From NCBI GenBank assembly GCA_029247845.1, contig JAQWKM010000121.1:1-61005 (forward strand): DNA of 61,005 nucleotides, read 5' to 3'. This DNA comes from Paracoccaceae bacterium. Lineage in GTDB: Bacteria; Pseudomonadota; Alphaproteobacteria; Rhodobacterales; Rhodobacteraceae. The notes below the pieces were generated by a model that saw only the letters and a list, made by a program, of their open reading frames with translations, did not search any database and was not told the origin of the DNA. The position numbers were made by a program, and so were the translations under genes. Of the stretch, positions 36,537-45,658 are shown piece after piece (positions within the stretch are counted from its first letter, which is position 1; each line of letters starts with the position of its first letter).

Positions 36537-37397
36537 CTAGTTCTTCAAATTGACGAGGTATTGAGCGATCAATACCCGGTCTTTTTGGCTAAGTTGTGAT
36601 GTGTTTTCCACGACGGCTGCCATATGACCTCCTGCAACATCAAAGTCAGGCGTGAAACCGCTCGTTAAATACTCGGTAATGTCTTCCAAAGACCACTGTA
36701 GGCGCTCCGATGATATGGCTGGAATACGACCTCTGCCGCTGGGGTTCTTGCCGCCCTGCATCCATCTTGTTGTGTCCAAAGCCCCAAGAGAATTGCGCGG
36801 TGTGTGGCATTCGGCGCAATGACCAAGAGCTTCTACCAAGTAAGTGCCCCGCGTTCCATCATCTGCGACCCAGTTTTGATCTTGAAATAGGGCTTTCCAT
36901 ATTCCAATGTTGCGCCGGATAGAAAGTGGCCACATTATTTCGTGCGGTGTGCTGCCATTCTCAACTTCTGGCAAAGTCTGCCAAAAAGACCAAAGATCAA
37001 CCACGTCTTGATCTGTCATTTTTGCATAAGAACTGTATGGAAAGGCAGGAAAATAATGTTGTCCCTCGGGACTAAGTCCAGAACGCACTGCAGTTACAAA
37101 CTGTGACTGGGTCCAACTGCCAATACCATGTATTTTGCTCATGGATACATTGGGCGCATAGAATGTTCCAAACGGAGATACAAACGCCTGTCCACCAGCC
37201 AGAATAAACTTGTTTTGAGAACCTTTTTCGATATGACAACTCGCACATCCCGAAGCGGTGTAAACGTATTCTCCGTTTGCCAAGTCTGGTGCCATATCGG
37301 CTAAAGCAATATCAAAACTTGGGTTTTGATAAGATACGCCAAAGTAGGTCGCTGTCCCCAAAGCCGCACAAGCAAGGATATATTTCCTAGCGTTCAT
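36537..37397 (-). CDS. Dihaem c-type cytochrome (periplasmic)
   Basis: It has two CxxCH motifs ('CASCH' and 'CAECH'). The signal peptide is 'MNARKYILACAALGTATYFGVS'. The track ORF start at 37502 would overlap the upstream gene. Confidence 0.85.
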   Translation of the reverse strand: MNARKYILACAALGTATYFGVSYQNPSFDIALADMAPDLANGEYVYTASGCASCHIEKGSQNKFILAGGQAFVSPFGTFYAPNVSMSKIHGIGSWTQSQFVTAVRSGLSPEGQHYFPAFPYSSYAKMTDQDVVDLWSFWQTLPEVENGSTPHEIMWPLSIRRNIGIWKALFQDQNWVADDGTRGTYLVEALGHCAECHTPRNSLGALDTTRWMQGGKNPSGRGRIPAISSERLQWSLEDITEYLTSGFTPDFDVAGGHMAAVVENTSQLSQKDRVLIAQYLVNLKN

Positions 37398-37458
37398 GAG
37401 TGAACATTTCTGTGTGAATACCATATTTCCTAGCGCTCTCAGTATTTTGGAGCTTTTT

Positions 37459-37896
37459 TTAGTTTCTGTACAGGCTATGACATGCTTTGCATGTTGCCCC
37501 AAGCGACATCATGGCATTGCGCAAGCCCTCTTCGCCCGTCAATGAACTTCCAATATCCAGCGCAACATTTTCAAGTGTTAGGGCTTTCTCAACAAAATCG
37601 TCAAAGTTAGTCCAAATTTCAGGCTTGGCTTCGGCATGTGGATCTACAGCTTCAATTTTAAACATTTCAGGGGTTTGTGCCGCGAGAACTGCAATATTTC
37701 CAATCGCTGACTGTGCTGCCTCTAGGTCAAAATCCTCTATGCCTTTCATCATCTTTCCCAGCACGCGCATGTTATCTGAGATTTCACTCATAGCTTTCAT
37801 CCGCACTTTGACTATCTCATTCTCTACGTTTGCATGAGAGTGGACTGCCGTGGCAAAAACAAGGCTAAGACCCATTATCAAATACTTCACTGACAT
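37459..37896 (-). CDS. Class II cytochrome c (cytochrome c-556 / c'-type four-helix bundle)
   Basis: It has a single C-terminal haem site, 'CKACH', about 6 residues from the end. The signal peptide is 'MSVKYLIMGLSLVFATAVHSHA'. The length is about 145 aa. Confidence 0.8.
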   Translation of the reverse strand: MSVKYLIMGLSLVFATAVHSHANVENEIVKVRMKAMSEISDNMRVLGKMMKGIEDFDLEAAQSAIGNIAVLAAQTPEMFKIEAVDPHAEAKPEIWTNFDDFVEKALTLENVALDIGSSLTGEEGLRNAMMSLGATCKACHSLYRN

Positions 37897-38255
37897 TATT
37901 TTACTCCAATAGTAGTTATCTGTGCTTGCTACGTCTGAGCCCAAATTCAGGCCTAATGCTGTTTTAAGATAGTGGTCGGCTCTAATGAGACAAGTATTTT
38001 ATGGTTTAGGATCTATACAATCGCTGTGGCGCTTTACCTACCTATGGGCCAATTTTTTGCCCCAAATAGGTCAAGATTATTGCAAGTAGTGATTAATAAG
38101 TGGAATTTTTTTTTTGCGTTCTAGATTGACATATAACCAAAATTGGGCGGAAGAATATTCCAACAAGCCATGTTCGCACATCAGAAGAGTGAATAAATTA
38201 ACGTGCAGAACTGGTTTTATGCTAATCTGTCTTTCTCATCTGGAACCGTCTTATA

Positions 38256-39782
38256 ATGAATTCGTTGCGTATCGTTCTTGGAGATCAACTCTCCCCGTCA
38301 ATCTCGTGCCTTGACGATTGTGATAAATCCACCGATGTCATTTTGATGTGCGAAGTCTGGGATGAAGCGACCTATGTCCGCCATCATAAAAAGAAGATTG
38401 CGTTCCTGTTTTCAGCGATGCGTCATTTCTGCCAAGAGCTTTTGGAGGCAGGGTATCAGGTTCGATATTCAAAATTGGATGATGATGATAATGCGGGATC
38501 TTTTGCTGGTGAAGTCGAGCGGTGTTTAGCGGGCCAAAAATTTAACAGAGTCGTAATAACTCAGCCCGGGGAATACCGTGTTCTTGAAGATGTTCAAAGC
38601 TGGAGCAAGCGTTTTACGATCCCGGTAGACATACGACCCGATACAAGGTTCCTTTGCACCCCAGAAGAATTTGCGTCTTGGGCTGAGGGCAGAAAAAAGC
38701 TTCGGATGGAGTATTTTTATCGCGAAATGCGGGAGCGCTACAATATCCTGATGGATGGTCGTGATCCTGTTGGCGGACAATGGAACTACGATGCTGAAAA
38801 TCGCAAACCGCCGACGAACGGGTTAGATATTCCAGCAACTTATAAATCCACGCCTGACAGCATAACCGCCATAGTGAGCGATCTGGTTGCACGCAAATTT
38901 GATGACCATTTCGGTGATATCCACCCTTTTCATTTTGCGGTGACACGCGCGCAGGCCTTGATTGCCCTTCGTCAGTTTATTGAACAGCGGCTTATGCATT
39001 TTGGCGACTATCAGGATGCGATGCTGATGGGCGAACCGTGGATGTATCACGCCCACATCGGATTTTACTTAAACTGTGGTCTCTTATTGCCGCTTGAATG
39101 CGTGCAAGCGGCGGAACAGGCCTATCATGATGGTTGCGCACCCTTGAACGCGGTCGAAGGATTTATTCGCCAGATCATTGGATGGCGCGAGTATATTCGG
39201 AGTATCTATTGGTTGAAAATGCCAGATTATGCTCAACAGAACTTTTTTGAAGCAGATCGCGCTTTGCCCTCTTTTTACTGGACGGGCGAAACTAAAATGA
39301 ATTGCCTCAAACACTGCGTCACGGAAACCCGCCAGAATGCATATGCCCACCATATTCAGCGTTTGATGGTGCTGGGGAATTTTGCGCTTATTGCGGGGCT
39401 TTCTCCTAAGGATGTGAATGAGTGGTTCTTGATCGTTTATGCAGACGCATATGAATGGGTCGAATTGCCCAATGTCTCGGGAATGGTACTGTTTGCGGAT
39501 GGCGGCTATTTGGCCAGTAAACCTTACGCGGCAGGTGGCGGTTATATCAATAAAATGTCCAATTACTGTAAATCTTGCGCGTATAAAGTTACTCAGAAAA
39601 ATGGCTCCGATGCCTGTCCGTTTAATTATCTATACTGGGATTTTTTGGCCCGAAATCGGGGAAAGCTTGCCTCAAATCATCGCATTGGCATGATGTACAG
39701 AACGTACGATCGTATGGACGAGGAAAAAAAACAGGCGATTGCTGAGGACAGTCAACGCTTTCTTGCAAGCTTAGCCCCTTGA
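38256..39782 (+). CDS. Cryptochrome/photolyase family protein of the FeS-BCP type (CryB / PhrB-like (6-4) photolyase)
   Basis: The product is 508 aa. Its Cys spacing is C-x87-C-x2-C-x12-C ('MNC...' then '[18 protein letters not shown]'). From memory, this is the same spacing as the [4Fe-4S] ligands of PhrB/CryB. It also has 'GWREYIR' and '[12 protein letters not shown]'. Confidence 0.85.
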   Translation: MNSLRIVLGDQLSPSISCLDDCDKSTDVILMCEVWDEATYVRHHKKKIAFLFSAMRHFCQELLEAGYQVRYSKLDDDDNAGSFAGEVERCLAGQKFNRVVITQPGEYRVLEDVQSWSKRFTIPVDIRPDTRFLCTPEEFASWAEGRKKLRMEYFYREMRERYNILMDGRDPVGGQWNYDAENRKPPTNGLDIPATYKSTPDSITAIVSDLVARKFDDHFGDIHPFHFAVTRAQALIALRQFIEQRLMHFGDYQDAMLMGEPWMYHAHIGFYLNCGLLLPLECVQAAEQAYHDGCAPLNAVEGFIRQIIGWREYIRSIYWLKMPDYAQQNFFEADRALPSFYWTGETKMNCLKHCVTETRQNAYAHHIQRLMVLGNFALIAGLSPKDVNEWFLIVYADAYEWVELPNVSGMVLFADGGYLASKPYAAGGGYINKMSNYCKSCAYKVTQKNGSDACPFNYLYWDFLARNRGKLASNHRIGMMYRTYDRMDEEKKQAIAEDSQRFLASLAP

Positions 39783-39922
39783 AAAAAAAGTTCCTTCCAA
39801 TCAAAACTTGCGTCACTTGTAACCGCCCGTTTGTATGGCGAAAGAAGTGGGAGAAGACTTGGGAGCGAGTAAAGTACTGCTCTAAACGCTGTGCAGGCGC
39901 GCGCCGGATAGACCAAAATTAA
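39779..39922 (+). CDS. DUF2256 zinc-ribbon small protein (47 aa)
   Basis: This ORF is not in the ORF track because it is under 60 aa. The TTG start overlaps the cryB-like stop (TTGA). The translation is '[46 protein letters not shown]', which has the CxxC...CxxRC pattern of DUF2256. Confidence 0.75.
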   Translation: MKKKFLPIKTCVTCNRPFVWRKKWEKTWERVKYCSKRCAGARRIDQN

Positions 39923-40068
39923 ACAAGACCTTTAGCCCTAAAGGAACTTTCAATTTGCAAACCTAGATTTTACGTTGTGTTATAATCGGTCATTTTATGC
40001 CTTATTGGATTGTTTGGTTTAAGTGCATATGCTAATTGGCAGTCTAGCGCTTAGGAGAGCATATCGTT

Positions 40069-41457
40069 ATGACGGATTATATCGTAAAAGACATTAATTT
40101 AGCCGAATTTGGTCGCCGAGAATTGGATATTGCAGAAACTGAGATGCCGGGTCTGATGGCTTTGCGTGCTGAATATGGCGACAGAAAGCCGCTGAAAGGT
40201 GCGCGGATCGTTGGATCGCTTCATATGACAATTCAAACGGCGGTTCTAATCGAAACGCTCGTGGAATTGGGTGCCGATGTGCGCTGGGCGTCGTGCAATA
40301 TTTTCTCAACACAAGATCATGCGGCTGCGGCTATCGCTGCTGGTGGTACGCCTGTATTTGCCATTAAAGGTCAGACGTTGAAAGAACATTGGGATTACTT
40401 GGACCGTTCTTTCATGTTCCCAGAAGGTGCAAACATGATCCTTGATGACGGCGGCGATGCGACCCTTTATGTCCTTCTGGGCGCACGGGTCGAGGCTGGT
40501 GATACTGATCTGATCGATGTGCCCACCTCAGAAGAGGAAGAAGCCGTTTTCGCACAAATCAAAAAACGTATGGCAGAATTTCCTGGCTGGTTCACCAAAA
40601 CACGCGCGGCGATCCAAGGTGTGTCAGAAGAAACGACAACTGGTGTGCATCGTTTGTATGAACTGGTCAAGCAAGGGCAACTTCCTTTCCCTGCGATCAA
40701 TGTGAATGACTCTGTCACCAAATCCAAATTTGACAATAAATACGGTTGTAAAGAATCACTCGTGGACGGTATTCGCCGCGCCACAGACACGATGATGGCC
40801 GGTAAAGTTGCAGTTGTGTGCGGGTACGGCGATGTAGGCAAAGGATCAGCAGCTTCTCTGCGAGGAGCTGGTGCACGGGTTAAAGTGACCGAAGTTGACC
40901 CGATTTGCGCCCTGCAGGCTGCTATGGACGGCTTCGAAGTTGTTGTTTTGGAAGATGTCGTTGATGCGGCAGATATCTTTATCACGACCACCGGCAATAA
41001 AGACGTCATTCGTATCGAGCATATGCGCGAAATGAAAGATATGGCGATTGTTGGTAATATTGGCCACTTTGATAACGAAATCCAAGTTGCTAATTTGAAA
41101 AATCATAAGTGGACAAACATCAAGGAACAGGTCGATATGATCGAGATGCCGTCTGGCAGTCGCTTGATCCTATTATCCGAGGGGCGTTTGCTGAACCTTG
41201 GGAACGCGACGGGGCATCCATCTTTTGTAATGTCAGCCTCGTTTACAAACCAAGTTCTTGCCCAGATTGAACTTTGGACCAAGGCTGAGGATTATAAAAA
41301 CGAAGTATACATCCTTCCCAAACATTTGGATGAAAAGGTCGCCCGTCTTCATCTAGACCGCATTGGGGTAAAGCTTACCAAGCTCGATAAGCAGCAGGCA
41401 GATTATATCGGTGTGACAACTGAAGGTCCGTTTAAGCCTGAGCACTATCGCTATTAG
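40069..41457 (+). CDS. ahcY: Adenosylhomocysteinase (S-adenosyl-L-homocysteine hydrolase)
   Basis: The product is 462 aa. It has '[24 protein letters not shown]', '[13 protein letters not shown]', 'GHFDNEI', '[13 protein letters not shown]' and a C-terminal 'PFKPEHYRY'. Confidence 0.97.
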   Translation: MTDYIVKDINLAEFGRRELDIAETEMPGLMALRAEYGDRKPLKGARIVGSLHMTIQTAVLIETLVELGADVRWASCNIFSTQDHAAAAIAAGGTPVFAIKGQTLKEHWDYLDRSFMFPEGANMILDDGGDATLYVLLGARVEAGDTDLIDVPTSEEEEAVFAQIKKRMAEFPGWFTKTRAAIQGVSEETTTGVHRLYELVKQGQLPFPAINVNDSVTKSKFDNKYGCKESLVDGIRRATDTMMAGKVAVVCGYGDVGKGSAASLRGAGARVKVTEVDPICALQAAMDGFEVVVLEDVVDAADIFITTTGNKDVIRIEHMREMKDMAIVGNIGHFDNEIQVANLKNHKWTNIKEQVDMIEMPSGSRLILLSEGRLLNLGNATGHPSFVMSASFTNQVLAQIELWTKAEDYKNEVYILPKHLDEKVARLHLDRIGVKLTKLDKQQADYIGVTTEGPFKPEHYRY

Positions 41458-41482
41458 ACTAAATTATCATTCTTTTTCATGC

Positions 41483-41521
41483 GCTTAACCCAAATTAGGG
41501 GGGGTAAGCCGCAGATTTTTT
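41483..41521 (+). terminator. Candidate rho-independent terminator after ahcY
   Basis: GCTTAACCC (41483-41491) pairs with GGGGTAAGC (41501-41509), giving 9 bp with 1 mismatch. TTTTTT follows at 41516-41521. Confidence 0.4.
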
Positions 41522-41653
41522 CCACTTTTGCTGTAAAACAACAAAGTAAATTCTGACCGAAAATTCTCCTTTCTCTAAGAGAATATCCTGTATTAATTTT
41601 TTAGGTCTTCGAGCCACTCAATAAAACGAATTTATAATTAGGGATATTTAAAC

Positions 41654-41995
41654 ATGGGTAAACGTGACGAATTGATAGCCAAGTATGCGGATGAATTGCA
41701 AAATAAGTGTAATATGAGGCCGGATGTTGATCTGTTAAAAAAAGTAACGATTGGATGAGGTCCAGCCATTTACAACGCTGATGCACCGACAGTCGCTGCC
41801 AGTCAGCCCAGCAAACTGGAGACGATAAAATATAACTTTCTGATAAAAAAGCTTGGATTATGCGAAGGTCCTGAACTCATGGACTATATTAACTCAGTTA
41901 TCGAAACCTATGGGCGATCTGAACGCAATAAATATGGCGCTGTTATATGTTATATGCTGACTAAGAAATTCGGTAAAGAAGCAGTCTACGTCTAA
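41654..41995 (+). pseudogene. DUF2853-family small protein gene interrupted by one in-frame TGA (codon 35)
   Basis: The translation is 'MGKRDELIAKYADELQNKCNMRPDVDLLKKVTIG*GPAIYNADAPTVAASQPSKLETIKYNFLIKKLGLCEGPELMDYINSVIETYGRSERNKYGAVICYMLTKKFGKEAVYV'. The TGA is at 41756-41758, and the frame stays open for 78 more family-like codons. The antisense track ORF at 41601-41786 is spurious. Confidence 0.65.
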
Positions 41996-42252
41996 TGTTT
42001 CCAATCCCTATTCTAGGCTGTTTCAAAAGCCCAAGAACATGGGATTTTCACTAAATCTCTCACACTTGGCTCTTGGCAAAACCTGTTGGTTTGGAGCACC
42101 GTTATCTTACCGATTCAGGATGGTTGGCCCGTTTCGCTATCTTGGGAGCGCAAGTGGGAGCGTTTGGGGTGAGAGAAGATTTCTGGGTATTCTGGGACCT
42201 TTTACATTTTACGAGGCAGGGTTGTATTGGATTGTAAAAAATTATTGGTTTT

Positions 42253-42485
42253 TTAAATTTTCACCCGAGCCATTGCACAAACTGTTTCCCACTGTGCCTT
42301 CGTAACTGGCTGAACGGATAAACGAGAATTATTAACCAACACCATATCCCCAATTTCCATCATTGCATGAAATTTCGTGTCTGATAATTTCTGACACCGT
42401 CCCACTCCTCCCCAATATTTCCCCGAGCCACTTGGTACTGCCAACTCCAAGTATTGGGTTTGGATTTAAATAACCAACACTGCAT
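42253..42485 (-). pseudogene. EVE-domain protein remnant (frameshift plus internal deletion)
   Basis: From the ATG at 42485, one frame reads 'MQCWLFKSKPNTWSWQYQVARGNIGEEWDGVRNYQTRNFMQ*', which is an EVE N-terminus. A second frame continues as 'MMEIGDMVLVNNSRLSVQPVTKAQWETVCAMARVKI*', which joins the 'GD' motif directly to the EVE C-terminus. About 60 central residues are missing. Confidence 0.7.
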
Positions 42486-42486
42486 C

Positions 42487-42756
42487 TTATATCACTTTAT
42501 TCCATGCGATAAGGTCGACACTTTGAAATAAACCAGCTTTTGCATAAGGATCATGCGTGGTCCAGTCTTTGGCATCCTCCATATTGGCCACTTTTAGAAT
42601 GATAAGCGACCCGATCATTTGGCCGTTTTGTGACAAGAGAGGTCCCGCATGCGAGATTTGATCGCTTGATTTAAGATAGTCGACATGAGCCAGGCCGTTG
42701 GTTGTGCGGACTTCTAAATGGTTGGGTTTATCTTTGGTAATTAAAGCAACGATTAT
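42487..42756 (-). CDS. YciI-family protein lacking a canonical start codon
   Basis: This ORF is not in the ORF track. The translation is 'IIVALITKDKPNHLEVRTTNGLAHVDYLKSSDQISHAGPLLSQNGQMIGSLIILKVANMEDAKDWTTHDPYAKAGLFQSVDLIAWNKVI*', which fits the YCII pattern. It begins at ATA-ATC immediately after, and in frame with, the gpsA TAA. GGAAG lies 5 nt upstream of the ATA. Confidence 0.7.
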   Translation of the reverse strand: MIVALITKDKPNHLEVRTTNGLAHVDYLKSSDQISHAGPLLSQNGQMIGSLIILKVANMEDAKDWTTHDPYAKAGLFQSVDLIAWNKVI

Positions 42757-43722
42757 TTATTCTTCCTTTTGTGGACGGTTCATCAGTTTTTGCATTGCGC
42801 TGGAGGCATCCGTAGTTCCGTTTGAAATCTCATGCACAATTTTAGTAACTGGCATGTCAATTTTGGAAAACCGAGGATGTTCCAAGGCGGCATGGGCGGT
42901 TGAAATACCTTCGACTGTGACGCTTGGATCAAACGCTTGGCCACGGCCCAAGGCCAGTCCATAGCGAAAATTTCGTGAATTTTCGGACATACAAGTGAGG
43001 CTTAAATCTCCCAGACCCGAAAGGCCCGAAAGGGTCTCGGCTTTGGCTCCCATAGCCAAAGCTAGGCGCAGTATTTCTGCATACCCTCGGGTCATAAGGG
43101 CGGCTCTTGCGCTGACACCAAATCCGGCCCCGATACAGATTCCACAGGCGATAGCCATAACATTCTTGAACGCGCCACCAAGCTCTGCTCCAATAACATC
43201 AGTGGTTGTGTAAATACGCAAAACTGGCGTGGCCAAAGCAGACTGGAGGTCTTTGCCTGCATCCATTTGTTTACAGGCAAGGGTTAGTGCGGTCGGCATG
43301 TTTGCCGCAAGGTCGGTTGCAAAGCTTGGCCCGGTTAGGATAGCTGCATCACATTCAGGCGCATATTTTGACAAAATAGCAGTTGGTCCCTGACCCGTGC
43401 TAAGGTCAATTCCTTTACAGCAGGCAACGAGCAATTTCTCATCGAGGGTTTGTCCCACCCCCTCAAGCAGGCCAGAAAGTTTTTGTGTTGGGACGGCAAA
43501 TAGAATGATGTCAGCATCAAGAGCACTCTCAAGGTCTTGGCTTACGCTCATAGACTTTGGGAATGATGCATTGGGAAGATATTTCTTGTTAGACTGCTCG
43601 GCTGTGAGCTTTTGCATGAATTTCTCATCGCGCCCCCAGAGGCGGACCTTAGATCCCGTTCGCGCAAAGGTAACGGCTAAAGCTGTGCCAAAAGCACCTG
43701 CACCCAATACACTGATACTCAT
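42757..43722 (-). CDS. gpsA: NAD(P)H-dependent glycerol-3-phosphate dehydrogenase
   Basis: It has '[14 protein letters not shown]', 'GPSFATDLA', '[15 protein letters not shown]' and 'GLGDLSLTC'. Its start overlaps the tsaD stop (ATGA). Confidence 0.93.
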   Translation of the reverse strand: MSISVLGAGAFGTALAVTFARTGSKVRLWGRDEKFMQKLTAEQSNKKYLPNASFPKSMSVSQDLESALDADIILFAVPTQKLSGLLEGVGQTLDEKLLVACCKGIDLSTGQGPTAILSKYAPECDAAILTGPSFATDLAANMPTALTLACKQMDAGKDLQSALATPVLRIYTTTDVIGAELGGAFKNVMAIACGICIGAGFGVSARAALMTRGYAEILRLALAMGAKAETLSGLSGLGDLSLTCMSENSRNFRYGLALGRGQAFDPSVTVEGISTAHAALEHPRFSKIDMPVTKIVHEISNGTTDASSAMQKLMNRPQKEE

Positions 43723-44837
43723 GCCTTTGTACCTTTTTTGCCACTGCCAAGCAAAGCGGGTTGTGAATTATCCAAGGGCCATCGAGGCCTGCCCGATAAA
43801 CTTAGATCATGGCACACGCCCTCTTGGTGTAGCTCAGATGCTGCATAAGCGATCATTGCCGCATTATCGGTGCAAAGCGATAAAGGTGGCGCTATAAATG
43901 TTGCACCTGTGGCTTGCGTGATTTCCTTCAGCCTGTGACGAATGGTTCGATTTGCCGCGACGCCTCCTGCAACGGCAAAGACTGGTTCTTTGGGATTAAG
44001 CGCCATATACTGGCTGAGGGCACGACGAGATTTTTCCCCTAACACATCGCAAATGGCCGCTTGGAAGCTGGCGCAAAAATCTGAACGATCGGCTTCATAA
44101 AGACCGCCCTGCGCCACTAAGATTGTATCTCTCGCCCGAAGCAAAGCAGTCTTTAATCCTGAAAAGGACAAATCACATCCTTCACGGTCCAAAAGAGGCC
44201 TTGGAAATTTATACCGCTTTTCGTCACCGTTAAGCGCGGCTTTCTCAACTGCCGGGCCGCCGGGTTGGTCAAGACCGAGCAACCTTGCAGTTTTGTCGAA
44301 TGCCTCACCCGGTGCGTCATCTATTGTACCGCCGAGCCTTCGAAAATCTTGGGAGGACTTCACCAGCAAAAACTGACAATGACCACCTGAAACCAAGAGC
44401 ATTAGATAGGGAAAAGCGATGGAATCTGTCAGACGAGGCGTGAGGGCGTGCCCGGCCAGATGGTTAACACCGATAAGTGGTTTGCCTGATCCAAGTGATA
44501 GGCCTTTGGCGCACATTACACCGGACAGGACCCCTCCGATTAAACCTGGTCCGGCCGTTACGCCAATACCAGTGACATCACATAGATCTAAACTGGCTTC
44601 TTTGAGCGCTCTGGCAACACAAATATCCATCCGTTCGGCATGCGCCCTAGCTGCAATTTCTGGGACAACCCCACCAAAACTTTGGTGTAGATCCGATTGA
44701 TCATATATCACAGAAGATATAATACGCGGATTTTCGCCAGAACCTACCGCCACAATTGCTGCGGCCGTTTCATCGCAGCTGCTTTCTAGCCCGAGATATA
44801 GATTTTGCTGAGCGATTTTATTTTCGTCCGTTGTCAC
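43719..44837 (-). CDS. tsaD: tRNA N6-adenosine threonylcarbamoyltransferase
   Basis: It has '[15 protein letters not shown]', '[10 protein letters not shown]', 'LLVSGGHCQ' and '[13 protein letters not shown]'. The start is either GTG at 44837 (preferred, because it leaves room for the divergent hemD) or ATG at 44891 (track ORF). Confidence 0.9.
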   Translation of the reverse strand: MTTDENKIAQQNLYLGLESSCDETAAAIVAVGSGENPRIISSVIYDQSDLHQSFGGVVPEIAARAHAERMDICVARALKEASLDLCDVTGIGVTAGPGLIGGVLSGVMCAKGLSLGSGKPLIGVNHLAGHALTPRLTDSIAFPYLMLLVSGGHCQFLLVKSSQDFRRLGGTIDDAPGEAFDKTARLLGLDQPGGPAVEKAALNGDEKRYKFPRPLLDREGCDLSFSGLKTALLRARDTILVAQGGLYEADRSDFCASFQAAICDVLGEKSRRALSQYMALNPKEPVFAVAGGVAANRTIRHRLKEITQATGATFIAPPLSLCTDNAAMIAYAASELHQEGVCHDLSLSGRPRWPLDNSQPALLGSGKKGTKA

Positions 44838-44867
44838 CTGATTAGCTTGGGGGTAGCATTGTCTACG

Positions 44868-45587
44868 ATGACAGACAATCCTCACGATCATGCGGCTATG
44901 ATATTATTGACCAGACCACAGAGTGGATCTGAGCGTTTTTGCGCCATATTGCGCAAGCATATTCCTGAGGCTGAAATTCTAATCAGTCCTTTGATTGACA
45001 TAGAATACATCTGCCCGCCGCCTCATTTGTCCTACTATGGAGGGGTTGTTTTTACATCGGTTCATGGCGTTGGGTTATTTAAAAATTATGATGTCCCAAA
45101 AAATATGCCATGTTTCGCAGTGGGACCAAGAACGGCTCAAGCGGCGTCAGATGCCGGCTTTCTCGTGAGGACATCTGATGGCGACGCGGCAGCTCTGGTG
45201 AAAATGATCCTGTCATATCCCAATTTGGGAAAATTGATTCATATCAGTGGAGAGCATTCTCGGGGTGAAGTGGCCAAATACTTATCACAAAATGGCCGCC
45301 AGTGTGAGGGCATGGTCGTATACACGCAAACAGCTAAACTCCTTAGTTCGCATGTTATTGATGCTGTTCAGGAGGGGGGACCATTGATACTTCCCCTATT
45401 TTCGCCCCGCACAGCTATTCTATTACTTGAGCAGATCACGCCGGTGCCTGGCAGTCATATTGTCGCAATGAGCAAATCTGTTGCTGAACCGTTTTACAAA
45501 TTTGATCAGCTAGGGGTAACGGTGGTGGATTATCCAAGGTCAGACGAGATGCTGAAGGCTGTTTGTAATGCATACAAAGCGACATAG
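44868..45587 (+). CDS. hemD: Uroporphyrinogen-III synthase (HEM4 family)
   Basis: It has '[13 protein letters not shown]' and 'VVFTSVHGV'. Its size and its position upstream of the mitofilin-like and hemY-like genes fit. The start is ATG 44868 or 44898. The track ORF TTG at 44805 overlaps tsaD. Confidence 0.7.
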   Translation: MTDNPHDHAAMILLTRPQSGSERFCAILRKHIPEAEILISPLIDIEYICPPPHLSYYGGVVFTSVHGVGLFKNYDVPKNMPCFAVGPRTAQAASDAGFLVRTSDGDAAALVKMILSYPNLGKLIHISGEHSRGEVAKYLSQNGRQCEGMVVYTQTAKLLSSHVIDAVQEGGPLILPLFSPRTAILLLEQITPVPGSHIVAMSKSVAEPFYKFDQLGVTVVDYPRSDEMLKAVCNAYKAT

Positions 45588-45658
45588 AGGCTTGAGCAGA
45601 GGGCTGGTGATGATTAGATTGATGTCCATAATCTCGCATGTGGAAATAAGAGTTTATA

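Noticed and set aside
39923-40068. Possible SAH-type riboswitch upstream of ahcY
   Set aside because: I could not recognise the conserved SAH-riboswitch core or a convincing pseudoknotted fold by eye. Only a normal AGGAGA ribosome-binding site is evident. An Rfam covariance-model scan would settle the question.
40467-41009. 180-aa ORF on the minus strand
   Set aside because: It is antisense to ahcY, whose identity is unambiguous. Its composition (Ser/Thr/Ala/Arg-rich) is typical of an antisense frame.
41601-41786. 61-aa minus-strand ORF
   Set aside because: It is antisense to the N-terminal part of the DUF2853 reading frame, which carries clear family-like sequence.
41756-41807. Calling the DUF2853 TGA a selenocysteine codon outright
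   Set aside because: The downstream hairpin is imperfect and there is no CxxU/UxxC redox context. Three neighbouring genes are independently decayed, which makes a nonsense mutation the more parsimonious explanation. I kept it only as an alternative in the finding.
42039-42305. 88-aa plus-strand ORF in the gap after the DUF2853 gene
   Set aside because: It has no family-like sequence and no RBS. It overlaps the 3' end of the EVE remnant on the other strand, so I treated the region as non-coding.
43397-43897. 166-aa plus-strand ORF
   Set aside because: It is antisense to the gpsA/tsaD junction, and both of those genes are strongly supported.
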